Assembly: GCA_002347265.1 (NCBI GenBank)
Contig: DDYB01000013.1
Span: forward strand, 207,359 to 271,358
Source: Desulfobacteraceae bacterium UBA2245
GTDB taxonomy: Bacteria > Desulfobacterota > Desulfobacteria > Desulfobacterales > UBA2245
Length of the DNA: 64,000 nt
Reading direction: 5' to 3'
Below, one piece after another: positions 11,134-20,381 of this stretch (the first letter of the stretch is position 1; each line of letters opens with the position of its first letter). Both the position numbers and the translations under genes were made by a program. The notes below the pieces were generated by a model. The model was not told the origin of the DNA. It saw nothing but the letters and a program-made list of their open reading frames with translations, and made no database searches.

Positions 11134-11868
11134 TCAGCCTGCAGAGCTTCGGGCCAGCTCAATGGCCTTTTTCAGGTCCAGAGTTCCGGCATAAAGTGCC
11201 TTTCCGGCAATCGCGCCCACGACCCCGTCGGATTGAAGCTTTATCAGGTCAATAATATCCTGAATGTTGGCAACCCCCCCCGATGCCACCACCGGGATGG
11301 CAACGGCCCGAGCAAGCCGCCGGGTTTCTTCGAGGTTGGGTCCGGTCTGCATGCCATCGCGATGAATATCCGTAAAATTAATGGCTGCCACGCCGCAGTC
11401 TTCAAAACTCCTGGCCAGGTCCACCGCAGAAATCCGCGTATCATGCGTCCACCCGTTGATCGAAACATAACCGTTCCGGGCGTCGATTCCCACTATGATG
11501 CGCCCGGAATACGCTTTGCAGGCATCTTTGACGAACTGAGGATTACGAATGGCTTCGGTGCCGATAATCACCCGGTTCACTCCAAGGGACAAATATCTTT
11601 CGATCGTGTCCATGGTGCGGATACCGCCGCCGACCTGAATCGGCACGTTAACGGATTGAAGAATTTCTTTAATGGCATTCATATTGCGCGGGTTCTTCGA
11701 GACAGCTCCATCCAAATCCACGACATGAATGATTTCAGCCCCTTCCTGGGCCCATCGAACGGCCATGGCGGAAGGATCGTTGGAAAAGACCGTTTCTGCA
11801 TCCATACGGCCCTGAAGCAGTCTGACGCATCGACCTTCTTTAATATCAACAGCAGGAATAATGATCAT
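11134..11868 (-). CDS. hisA: 1-(5-phosphoribosyl)-5-[(5-phosphoribosylamino)methylideneamino]imidazole-4-carboxamide isomerase
   Basis: MIIIPAVDIKEGRCVRL... and VVASGGVANIQDI, typical HisA. Confidence 0.95.
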   Translation of the reverse strand: MIIIPAVDIKEGRCVRLLQGRMDAETVFSNDPSAMAVRWAQEGAEIIHVVDLDGAVSKNPRNMNAIKEILQSVNVPIQVGGGIRTMDTIERYLSLGVNRVIIGTEAIRNPQFVKDACKAYSGRIIVGIDARNGYVSINGWTHDTRISAVDLARSFEDCGVAAINFTDIHRDGMQTGPNLEETRRLARAVAIPVVASGGVANIQDIIDLIKLQSDGVVGAIAGKALYAGTLDLKKAIELARSSAG

Positions 11869-12548
11869 TTTTTCGGAAACGATTTGAGCACATCTTCGAT
11901 ACCGAGAGCAGCCATCTGATCAGCGGTCATCCACTGTCCCCCTCCCCTAAGAAATGTGCTGATTTTGAGCGCATTGTCCGATAACGCGCGCTGGGTTTCA
12001 TCGAAACGTCCGGTCCAGACGATACGGCCGTCCGAGACCTGAAGCAAATGAACGTCAAATGCTACCGATGCCGGAGAATCTACTGAATACGCGACTCCGA
12101 CGCGATCCTGATACCGGTAAAGATGACCGACAAGGACAGCGTCCACCTGCAGATGCCTTCCTATTTCCAAGAGCATCTCCCGATCGGAACGCCCCTTTGC
12201 TTCGGCGGCGATCAAATCCGGAAAACTTTCACGAACCTGCTCGGGGGCAACAAGGTCGTAGCCGAATCCTTCGGACATCGTATTAAACAGCTTTTCAGAA
12301 AGCGGGCCTTCAACACCGTCCGGAACCACGCCGGCAGCAAAAACATCGCCGCATAATGGGCATCGAATATTGCCGTCATGCCCATAAATCGCCGCCAGAT
12401 CCTTAAACGGCATAACAAGTATTTTATTAATATTTTCAATTGGCTGGGCTTGAGTTAAGGGCGCCGTGCCGGTGCAGCCGGAAAGCAGAAACAACCCAGC
12501 CAAGGCCAGAATCACGATGCGTTCGGTATGGTGTTTACGCTTCAGCAT
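11865..12548 (-). CDS. lipoprotein of unknown function
   Basis: Signal peptide with lipobox LLSGC (IVILALAGLFLLSGCTG). Its stop overlaps the hisA start by 4 nt. Confidence 0.5.
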   Translation of the reverse strand: MLKRKHHTERIVILALAGLFLLSGCTGTAPLTQAQPIENINKILVMPFKDLAAIYGHDGNIRCPLCGDVFAAGVVPDGVEGPLSEKLFNTMSEGFGYDLVAPEQVRESFPDLIAAEAKGRSDREMLLEIGRHLQVDAVLVGHLYRYQDRVGVAYSVDSPASVAFDVHLLQVSDGRIVWTGRFDETQRALSDNALKISTFLRGGGQWMTADQMAALGIEDVLKSFPKK

Positions 12549-12604
12549 AATCTCCTCATATCATCCGGAACATGAAAGGCAAGGAACCAATTGCCTTCAA
12601 CAGG

Positions 12605-13195
12605 CTACAGGGTTCCCTTGCTGGAACGAACGTCCGTGATACGTTCATCTATCGATACGGCCTCATCCAAAGCCCGGCCCACCGCCTTGAAAACAGACTC
12701 CAAAATATGGTGTTCGTTTTCACCGTAATGACCGTTAATGTGAAGGTTCATTCCGCCGCGTACGGCAAATGCGCGGAAAAACTCATTGGCCAGGAACCGA
12801 TCAAAGCCGGTAAAGGTTTGGCTCGGAGGCGGCAGATGATACACAAGGAAGGGGCGCTTGGACAAATCCAGGGCAACCGAGGTCAGGGCGTCATCCATGG
12901 GAGTTGCGGCAAAGCCGTAGCGACGGATTCCTTTTCTGGAGCCCAGAGCGCTGTCCAGCGCATCGCCCATAACAAGCCCCACATCTTCAACCGTGTGATG
13001 GAAATCCACTTCGACATCCCCTTCGGCAACGAGCTTCAGATCAAAAAAACCATGCACGGCAAAAAGACGCAGCATATGATCGAAAAAAGGGATGCCCGTT
13101 GATATATCATGGCTGCCAACGCCATCGAGCTTCAGCAACGCACGGACCTGAGTTTCACCCGTCTTTCGCTCAACTTCGGCAAAACGTTCTTTCAT
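12605..13195 (-). CDS. hisB: imidazoleglycerol-phosphate dehydratase
   Basis: ERKTGETQV..., FDHML, DFHHTVEDVG and HHILESVFKAVGRAL motifs. Track start 13255 trimmed to ATG 13195 (MKERFAEV). Confidence 0.9.
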   Translation of the reverse strand: MKERFAEVERKTGETQVRALLKLDGVGSHDISTGIPFFDHMLRLFAVHGFFDLKLVAEGDVEVDFHHTVEDVGLVMGDALDSALGSRKGIRRYGFAATPMDDALTSVALDLSKRPFLVYHLPPPSQTFTGFDRFLANEFFRAFAVRGGMNLHINGHYGENEHHILESVFKAVGRALDEAVSIDERITDVRSSKGTL

Positions 13196-13473
13196 GCTCG
13201 ACCTCTGAAATGTAACCGGGCTTCCTGAAAGGGACTTCCGGCCTCTATCCGTCAAAAATTATCCACGCATTTCAAATCGGATTGGATACAGGCGAGTTCG
13301 GCTGTTCTTGCATCTTTAAAGCCGAAAACCGCTTCGATTCACCCGCACTGCAAACAGCCGTCAAGATACGATCTTCTTCAAAGAATACGAGCGCCACTCC
13401 TTGATTTTCAATCAGCATCAAAGCGGCGCCCATCGGCCAGGCGAGTATCTTCTCCCGCGGTTTTCCAAAAAAA

Positions 13474-13549
13474 TGGTGGAGATGAGGGGGATCGAACCCC
13501 TGGCCTCGGCGTTGCGAACGCCGCGCTCTCCCAGCTGAGCTACATCCCC
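13474..13549 (-). tRNA. tRNA-Ala (CGC)
   Basis: Reverse strand is GGGGATGTAGCTCAGCTGGGAGAGCGCGGCGTTCGCAACGCCGAGGCCAGGGGTTCGATCCCCCTCATCTCCACCA. Anticodon loop is TTCGCAA, the G3:U70 alanine identity pair is present, and CCA is encoded. Confidence 0.95.
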
Positions 13550-13771
13550 ACTGTCAATAAACATCAAAGATGGCTATCATATTAACACGCACCGGTCAAT
13601 AAATATTTACCACCCGCATGGGTCGATATCAGGTCCTGCCGCATATCGGGCGCAAAAGTTTTTCTCCATGTGCTTGATGCAGCCGCAGATGGAGAGTGAA
13701 TTGATTGACTTTACAGGTTAAATTCTGATACAAATTCAACAATGATTCCAAAATATTAGCGCCAACCTTAT

Positions 13772-13912
13772 TTAACAGGGTGTTGAAAAAGGCCGTCAGG
13801 CAAGGCGCGCGCGACGCGACAAGCGCAGCATATTCAAGCATATGTGAGCATTGGCGAGAGCCGTGCAACGCTGAATGGCGGCCTCAGGCGCAGTTTTTCA
13901 ACAGCCTGTTAA
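13772..13912. repeat. MITE-like repeat, copy 1 (about 141 bp, about 19-bp terminal inverted repeats)
   Basis: Termini are TTAACAGGGTGTTGAAAAA ... TTTTTCAACAGCCTGTTAA. The whole element recurs in inverted orientation at 47091-47240 with only a few substitutions and one short indel. Its right half recurs at 41531-41585. Confidence 0.7.
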
Positions 13913-13922
13913 GGAGTTCGCC

Positions 13923-14129
13923 GTGAAGCAGCTAAATTGCAACATTCCCGGTATTTCCTGCAATCATTGCATATAGGCCATTCAGGACGAACTGACACAA
14001 ATCAAAGGCGTCGTTTCCGTTGCTGGAAATCCCCAAGATCGCCGGATCTCCGTGGCCTGGTCCGCGCCGGCTTCAGAAGGGGAAATCCGCCGGGTCCTGT
14101 CGGAAACAAATTATCCCGCCCAACCTTGA
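13923..14129 (+). pseudogene. heavy-metal-associated (CopZ-like) domain gene interrupted by an in-frame TAG
   Basis: AGGAG RBS at 13912-13916, GTG at 13923. Translation is VKQLNCNIPGISCNHCI*AIQDELTQIKGVVSVAGNPQDRRISVAWSAPASEGEIRRVLSETNYPAQP. The GxxCxxC metal site is present. The TAG at 13974-13976 falls where CopZ-type proteins usually carry a Lys-type residue (HCVKAVE). Confidence 0.6.
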
Positions 14130-14395
14130 TGCTCGGCGAAAACAAGTCGATACCACCTATGCAGATCCTGAAATCCGACGGCTTCAAAGCGCAGGAAAGA
14201 CCGTCATGCCGTACCCGCGAAGGGATGCTCTGCGGCCTGGCAGCGTTGTCAGACACGCACAGAACCGAAGCCGTCAGACGGCTTCGGAAAAGCTGCACCC
14301 GATTCAGGTCGCCGGCGCCATGGCTTTGAGCGGCATATCCGGGGTTGCCAACAGTTTGCGTCTGGATTGAAAAATCCAGCAGCATGCTTGTTTTG

Positions 14396-16639
14396 TCAGG
14401 CAGGCAGGGCGTTTTGAAGAAGTTCGGCAATACCGTCTCGAAGCCGCTCGATTGCTTCCAGAGTTTGCGCGGATCTTTGTTCAAGATCGCAAAGCGCCGT
14501 GATCGTCTTTCTTTTATCATCGCCCTTTTGCCCGATCTGATCGACCATTTCGGCCAGATCCTTGTCAATGGCCTGAAATCGCTCGAAAAGCGTTTCGTAC
14601 AGATTCTCGGCAACCGCATCGATGAGTTTGTAAAGGTATTGAAATTTGAGGTTTTCCCGGTAGTCGGTCAGATTGGCTTCAATGGATCGTTCCGTATCTC
14701 GCTTGAGTCGAATCATGCCGTCCTTGAGCGCCATCACTTCGCGCTGCCGGCGGCTGAAAGCCGTTTTTCTCAAAAGTCTTTTAAATGCCGTGAACAAGGC
14801 ATAAGAACCAAGCCGAATGAACGCCTCGCCTCTGATTTTTGCAGAATATCTTAAAACCGCCGTGGCGGGGGGAAGCTGAAGACCCGCGATTTCCTTGATC
14901 ATTTCGATATTTCTGAGCCCGCTTCCGGAAACGCCGGCAATCCCGGGAATTGAAAAACTTTCCAGTGTGCGGTTGTATTCATCCAGAGCATCATTGAGCA
15001 TGTTCTCGTAAGGCCCGGAAATAGCCTCAACGGCCTGTACGATTTCCTTCTCCAGCATGCGGACATGCCCGGCCACCCTTGGGTTGAAACGCTCGACCAT
15101 GAAGGCATCCAGGGACTGTCGAAACTCATGGAAGGCCAGGCACATGGCGCCTGAAAAGCCGGCGGCTTTCAAATCCTTTTCACTATTTTGCTCCGGAATC
15201 GAAAAACTCCGAATAAAGTCGACGACATCCTTGGCCGCCGGCCCGCTTCTGAAGTCAAAAAATCGGTCCAGAGCCTTTTTCTGTTCCTGCCGGATCTGCT
15301 GCACAGCCCCTTCGAGGGTGCTTTTAAGCATGGATTTAATCTGCTGCATCCATTTCTGATGAATGCGGATTTTGTCCACAAGCTCCATGGCGCTTTTCGT
15401 ATCCCGTCCGATAAGATCCCGGTGCATGCCAATCTGGTGATGAAATCCCGCAGCAATGATTCGAAGTCTCTCCAGATGATTCTTGAGCAGTAACGCGTAG
15501 CGTTCTCCGGCAATCTTCCGGTCAAACGCCTCCGCAAACAATTCGGTCTGACGGTTTGAAAATTCCGTCAGATCTCTTTCCCTTTCCCACTGTTCCAAAC
15601 GGGCCTGATCCTTTTTTGAAAGCGATGACTGTGACGATCGAAACAGGTTGCAAAGAGCGGAGAGCGTAAAAATTTGCGGTTCATCGCAGACCAGGCACAG
15701 TGACTCTTGAATCCTGCCGATTAGAACGGTGAGATCTTCCAGGGATTCATGCTCGCTCAGGTCGCAGTTGATCACGAAAACGATATTCTCCAGAATCCCC
15801 ATCTCCCGAATCATGGCAAGCAGTTTGAAATCGGCCTGTCGCAGGCCTGTGCGGCTGCTGATCACATAAATCAGGAAATGCGCGCGCAGCAGATAATCCT
15901 GAATTCTGGCGAGATGCAGCGGATTGGGGGAATCGCTTCCCTGACAATCGGCGATCTCGATTCCGAAATCCCAATCGTTGTAGATCTCAAGCAGCATGTC
16001 TTCCAGGTAAACGGCCAGGTCATCGTCTCCGGCAAACTTGCGGTGCTCCGAAAAGCTCGCGGCATCATATTCAAGCACCTGCCTGTCCGGGCCAACCAGG
16101 GAGCAAACCCGCTCAAACCCTTTCAAATAATGGGTTGGCAAAGCGGAGGCCGGGTGTCTTAGCCCGTCCGCAATCAACATCTCCGTATCCAGCCCCGAAA
16201 GAATCTCGGACAGTTTTGCCCGATCCGCGCTGCGGCGCATATCGAAATCCGCCGCTAACTTGTCCGGCGGCAGCAGGGCCATGGCTTTTCGAATATCGGC
16301 GTTGATCTGATCCCAGGCTTTAAAGTAAAGTTTCGCCGACAGGTTGTCGCCTCTCCGAATTCGGGTCACCACCGCCGTCACGATGCCGGCGCCTCTTTTA
16401 AGATAATCGCCGTTGAGCATCGAATTGATAAAGGTGCTTTTCCCCGACTTTACCGCACCCACAACAGCGATCCGAATAATGTCTCCGTGTATCTCGCCGC
16501 CAAGACGGCCGCAGGTGTTTTTCCACGTCGAAAACATACGATTTTCCGACAAAAATAAGGCTGATGCCTCATCGAGAAGACCTGCCAGATTATTGCTGAC
16601 CTGAAGAAGCTTTTGCTTTTTTTCCTGATAAATTTTCAT
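14396..16639 (-). CDS. dynamin family GTPase (bacterial dynamin-like protein)
   Basis: P-loop GAVKSGKSTFINSML, a following GIVTAVVTRI switch region, and a long helical C-terminal body. Confidence 0.8.
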   Translation of the reverse strand: MKIYQEKKQKLLQVSNNLAGLLDEASALFLSENRMFSTWKNTCGRLGGEIHGDIIRIAVVGAVKSGKSTFINSMLNGDYLKRGAGIVTAVVTRIRRGDNLSAKLYFKAWDQINADIRKAMALLPPDKLAADFDMRRSADRAKLSEILSGLDTEMLIADGLRHPASALPTHYLKGFERVCSLVGPDRQVLEYDAASFSEHRKFAGDDDLAVYLEDMLLEIYNDWDFGIEIADCQGSDSPNPLHLARIQDYLLRAHFLIYVISSRTGLRQADFKLLAMIREMGILENIVFVINCDLSEHESLEDLTVLIGRIQESLCLVCDEPQIFTLSALCNLFRSSQSSLSKKDQARLEQWERERDLTEFSNRQTELFAEAFDRKIAGERYALLLKNHLERLRIIAAGFHHQIGMHRDLIGRDTKSAMELVDKIRIHQKWMQQIKSMLKSTLEGAVQQIRQEQKKALDRFFDFRSGPAAKDVVDFIRSFSIPEQNSEKDLKAAGFSGAMCLAFHEFRQSLDAFMVERFNPRVAGHVRMLEKEIVQAVEAISGPYENMLNDALDEYNRTLESFSIPGIAGVSGSGLRNIEMIKEIAGLQLPPATAVLRYSAKIRGEAFIRLGSYALFTAFKRLLRKTAFSRRQREVMALKDGMIRLKRDTERSIEANLTDYRENLKFQYLYKLIDAVAENLYETLFERFQAIDKDLAEMVDQIGQKGDDKRKTITALCDLEQRSAQTLEAIERLRDGIAELLQNALPA

Positions 16640-17146
16640 ATCTCTTCAGCTCGAATATGACGGTCCAACTTGCCACACGCGCTGCGCCAACTTGATAAAA
16701 GCAATTTCACAGCCACGCGGGCGAACCGATCATGCTTGCCGAAAGCGCCAACGCCATACGAGGGGCTTTCGGCAGATTCATCGCGTTAAAATCAGAAAGC
16801 ACCCTACAACGGCTTGCGCTTAATTGTCAAAACTTTACTTTACTCGCAAACGCTTCGGAACACCGAATCCATCTGCCGCGTATCCGATCATAAGTTCCGA
16901 TACGTTCAACCGCCGGTTTGTCTCCACACAGAAGCCAAAAGGCTCTTCCCACAAAGGATTGTTGTACCGGATACTCCTCTTCCTGAGCGCAGGATATCCT
17001 TACTAACCCATAATCACTTGTAAAATTTGTAATTTTATGATAGCTTACCGAAAAATGACTGCTATGTTGGCAGGCCCGCTTTCGGGCCAGCCTTTATCGG
17101 AAGCGGAAAGCGTGGAAACGGCTTCTCTGGAGGGAAAAATACATTC

Positions 17147-17311
17147 ATGTCGGAAAAGAATCCGGAATGCCCGCTTTATAATCCTCTAAACTGCAAGGAA
17201 TACTACAACCCCAAGCTATGTGCTTTTGTGAGAGAGGACAGAACCTGCCTCAAGAAAAAAAAACCCAAGCCCAAACCAGCGGAAGACGCGGCGGAAGACG
17301 CATCTGACTAA
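17147..17311 (+). CDS. small Cys-rich hypothetical protein (54 aa, below the ORF-track cutoff)
   Basis: My own translation is MSEKNPECPLYNPLNCKEYYNPKLCAFVREDRTCLKKKKPKPKPAEDAAEDASD. GGAGGG lies 12 nt upstream. It shows a threefold NP-x(1,2)-C pattern. Coding status is unproven. Confidence 0.35.
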   Translation: MSEKNPECPLYNPLNCKEYYNPKLCAFVREDRTCLKKKKPKPKPAEDAAEDASD

Positions 17312-17315
17312 ACCC

Positions 17316-17885
17316 TCAGGCATGACCGGCCTTATCGGAGAGCAATACCGGATCAATCCCCATTTTCTTAACTGCCGCCTCCCATTTCTGGTTAGCTTTG
17401 GCATGAAAAAGGATTTCTTCGTCGATCGGACAGGTGAGCCAGGAATTGCTGCGAATCTCCTCTTCCAGTTGACCCGCTCCCCATCCGGCGCATCCCAGGG
17501 CGATCATGAAAGCTTCCGGGCCGTTTCCCTGAGCGAGGGATTCAATAATATCGCGGGTATTGCTCAACGCCAGCGACGGCGTGATCATCAACATACCTCG
17601 CCACTCAAAGGGCGGACCGTGCAGAATGAAAATTTCATGGGGATGAACCGGTCCTCCCGTGTAAACAGGGGTTGAGCCCATCTGTGCAATCGGATCGAGG
17701 TTCAGGTCGGCAAAGATGTCCTTTGCCGAAATTCGGGGCGCGATACGATTCACCACGATTCCCAGGGCGCCTTCGGAGGTATGTTCGCACATACAGGTAA
17801 CCGACCGGTAAAAATTCGGGTCTGCAAGCCCCGGCATGGCAATCAGAAACTGCCCTTTAAAACAGGAATTTTCGGAAGATTCCAT
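17316..17885 (-). CDS. YqgE/AlgH family protein (UPF0301)
   Basis: FLIAMPGLADPNFYRSV...GALGIVVNR... and GCAGWGAGQLEEE motifs. Track start 17996 trimmed to ATG 17885 (MESSENS). Confidence 0.85.
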   Translation of the reverse strand: MESSENSCFKGQFLIAMPGLADPNFYRSVTCMCEHTSEGALGIVVNRIAPRISAKDIFADLNLDPIAQMGSTPVYTGGPVHPHEIFILHGPPFEWRGMLMITPSLALSNTRDIIESLAQGNGPEAFMIALGCAGWGAGQLEEEIRSNSWLTCPIDEEILFHAKANQKWEAAVKKMGIDPVLLSDKAGHA

Positions 17886-18081
17886 ATCAGCCCTCAAACG
17901 ACCCGTTGACCGGAAACAAATTCTCCATCGTATTAACGAGGTACTGTGAATCCGTATGCTTGTCAAGTACCCGGCGCCGCAAAAGGGTTTTCTCAAAAAC
18001 AGGCCTTGCCCTTTTGCTTTGACGGATCTTTGATTTTGGAATTAAACTGATGCAGATCGTTGGCATGAATCCGGAGAAACG

Positions 18082-19425
18082 ATGCGCTCGAATATCAAAT
18101 CTTTTGAATCCATGCGAAAGGATGCGGCTTCTATATTTCAGGCCGGCCTTGACGCCGTTGAGCCCGCGGCGGCGGTTCACCGGCACTGCAAATGCACCGG
18201 CAACCGGCTCCATATCGCCGGTTGCCGATTCGATCTTGAAAACGTGGACAGGATTTTTGTCGTCGGCGCGGGAAAGGCTTCGGCGCCCATGGCGGTTGCT
18301 CTGGAAGCACTGCTTGGAGATCGAATCACGGACGGAATCGTCACGGTAAAATACGGACACGGGGCCCGTCTTCGCAGAATCGAACTGGTCGAAGCGGGCC
18401 ATCCGACGCCGGACGACGCCGGCCGGAAAGGGGCGGAATCCATCCTGCGCATCGCACAAAAAGCTTCGGAAAGGGATCTGATCTTCTGCCTGATTTCAGG
18501 AGGAGGTTCTGCTCTGATGCCTCTGCCCGCTCCGGGAATTCATCTTGCCGACAAGCAGAAGACCACCGAAGTGATGCTTGCCTGCGGCGCAACGATTCAG
18601 GAGATCAATGCGATTCGAAAACACATCTCGGCGATCAAGGGGGGACATCTGGCCCGGATTGCCGCGCCTGCGCCTCTGATCAGCCTGATTTTATCCAATG
18701 TGACGGGCGACAATCTGGATGTTATCGCCTCAGGCCCCACGGCGCCCGATTCGACCACATTTGCCGACTGTCTGCACATTATCGAAAAATACGCCATAGC
18801 CTCCCTTCTGCCCGAAGCGGTATTAAATCACATCAGAAGCGGCGCGGCAGGCGCCATTCCGGAAACCCCCAAACCCGGCGAACCTTTTTTCGGCCATACC
18901 CGCAACCAGATCATCGGCAGCAACGTTCAAGCCCTGTTGAAAGCCAAGGCCAGAGCCGGAAATCTCGGATATCATCCGCTGACCCTCTCTTCCAAGTTCG
19001 AAGGAGATACCCGCGAGGCGGCCCGGTTTCACGCCGCCATTGCCCGCGAAACGCTTCGCACCGGCCGTCCCGTATCCACTCCGGCCTGCATTCTTTCCGG
19101 GGGCGAAACCACCGTGAAAGTTTGCGGCCGTGGGCTTGGCGGGCGGAATCAGGAATTTGCCCTTGCCTTTGCCATGGAAATTCAAGGGCAGGATCGGATC
19201 GTCTGTCTCAGCGCAGGCACGGACGGCACCGACGGTTCAACCGACGCCGCGGGCGCGTTTTCCGACAGCCGAACCATGGAACGCGCACAGTCAGCCGGTC
19301 TGGATCCGGAATGGTTTCTTGCACAAAACGATTCGCACCATTTTTTCAAAAGGATCGGCGATCTGTTCGTCACCGGCCCGACGCAGACCAATGTGATGGA
19401 TCTTCGGATCCTGCTGGTCGCGTAG
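18082..19425 (+). CDS. glycerate 2-kinase / hydroxypyruvate reductase-like (DUF4147 + MOFRL domains)
   Basis: VVGAGKASAPMA, VEAGHPTPD, SGGETTV and SAGTDGTDG motifs of the TtuD/GckA family. Confidence 0.8.
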   Translation: MRSNIKSFESMRKDAASIFQAGLDAVEPAAAVHRHCKCTGNRLHIAGCRFDLENVDRIFVVGAGKASAPMAVALEALLGDRITDGIVTVKYGHGARLRRIELVEAGHPTPDDAGRKGAESILRIAQKASERDLIFCLISGGGSALMPLPAPGIHLADKQKTTEVMLACGATIQEINAIRKHISAIKGGHLARIAAPAPLISLILSNVTGDNLDVIASGPTAPDSTTFADCLHIIEKYAIASLLPEAVLNHIRSGAAGAIPETPKPGEPFFGHTRNQIIGSNVQALLKAKARAGNLGYHPLTLSSKFEGDTREAARFHAAIARETLRTGRPVSTPACILSGGETTVKVCGRGLGGRNQEFALAFAMEIQGQDRIVCLSAGTDGTDGSTDAAGAFSDSRTMERAQSAGLDPEWFLAQNDSHHFFKRIGDLFVTGPTQTNVMDLRILLVA

Positions 19426-19453
19426 GCATTTGATCTTAATGGATTGAAACGGT

Positions 19454-20335
19454 ATGTCTTCTTTGCGTTTCACCCCCATAGCGCTTTCAAAACAAGGGCC
19501 GTATGCGCAATTATACGACCAAACCGAACTTCCGACATCGGATTACAGCACCACCAACCTCTGGGCATGGGCCGAGCAATTCGGGCTGCAATGGCGCTGG
19601 ACAGAAAATCTTGTCTGGATTCGACAAACCCGACCCGTGCCGGCTTATTGGGCTCCGGTCGGCAACTGGAACCCAGTCGACTGGCCGGAAGCGATGAACG
19701 GCTTTTCATCCGGATCAATCTTTATTCGAGTTCCAGAGCCGCTGGTTGAACTCTGGAAAGAAAGACTTTCCATTCCTTTTCAGGTTCACGAGGCCCGGGG
19801 ACAATGGGATTACGTCTACACGATTGAAGATCTGGTTCAACTCAAGGGGAACCGGTTCCATAAGAAGAAAAACCTTCTGGCCCGGTTTTTGAAATCCTAT
19901 CGATTCTCCTACGAGCGCTTGAATGAGGCGTCTCTGTCAAAGGTCCGATCCATGCAGGATCAATGGTGCGCCTGGCGCGATTGTGGATCTTCGCAAAGCC
20001 TGGCTGCGGAGAACCGGGCGGTTCAACGTGTCCTGGAGCGCTGGAATGATTTACCAGGACTTTTGGGAGGCGTGCTGTCGGTTGAAGACCAGCTGATCGC
20101 CTATACAATCGCCGAACCCTTGACAGCGCAGATGCTGGCGGTGCATTTCGAAAAGGCGGCCCCTCATATTCACGGCGCTTACCAGGCCATTCAGCAGATG
20201 TTTCTCTCCCGGGTGGATCCGGAATTTCTCGAGGTCAACCGCGAACAGGATCTCGATGACGAAGGACTGCGGCAGGCCAAGCTTTCCTATCATCCGCGCC
20301 GGTTTCTGAAAAAATACACCGTTGTTCTGAAATGA
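19454..20335 (+). CDS. DUF2156 (phosphatidylglycerol lysyltransferase C-terminal-like) domain protein
   Basis: TSDYSTTNLWAW..., WDYVYTIEDLVQLKGNRFHKKKNLLARF pattern typical of the family. Confidence 0.65.
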   Translation: MSSLRFTPIALSKQGPYAQLYDQTELPTSDYSTTNLWAWAEQFGLQWRWTENLVWIRQTRPVPAYWAPVGNWNPVDWPEAMNGFSSGSIFIRVPEPLVELWKERLSIPFQVHEARGQWDYVYTIEDLVQLKGNRFHKKKNLLARFLKSYRFSYERLNEASLSKVRSMQDQWCAWRDCGSSQSLAAENRAVQRVLERWNDLPGLLGGVLSVEDQLIAYTIAEPLTAQMLAVHFEKAAPHIHGAYQAIQQMFLSRVDPEFLEVNREQDLDDEGLRQAKLSYHPRRFLKKYTVVLK

Positions 20336-20381
20336 AAGCATCCCCCAAAAACCCGGCCATCATAAAGCTTGCCGGCAAAGC

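Noticed and set aside
7190-13549. tRNA-Met or tRNA-Ala as the integration site of the defence island
   Set aside because: Both tRNAs lie more than 30 kb from the island. I found no duplicated tRNA 3' segment near 45-47 kb or 59 kb.
13629-13868. 79-aa ORF reading through the MITE-like repeat (and the 68-aa ORF at 47219-47425 in copy 2)
   Set aside because: Its coding potential comes only from the repeat. The two copies are read in different frames and extents, so the repeat is the feature, not a protein.
13974-13976. In-frame TAG in the HMA gene as a pyrrolysine codon
   Set aside because: No pyl genes or methylamine methyltransferase context are visible. A single-base AAG-to-TAG nonsense change is the simpler explanation. 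It is kept as a pseudogene with a note.
14362-14379. CTGGATT-GAAA-AATCCAG hairpin as the terminator of the dynamin-like gene
   Set aside because: On the minus (gene) strand it is not followed by a U-tract. On the plus strand the T-run is weak and no intact gene ends nearby.
17018-17041. TTGTAA ... TATGAT as a sigma-70 promoter for the small ORF
   Set aside because: The spacer between the two hexamers is only 12 nt, which is incompatible with a standard -35/-10 arrangement.
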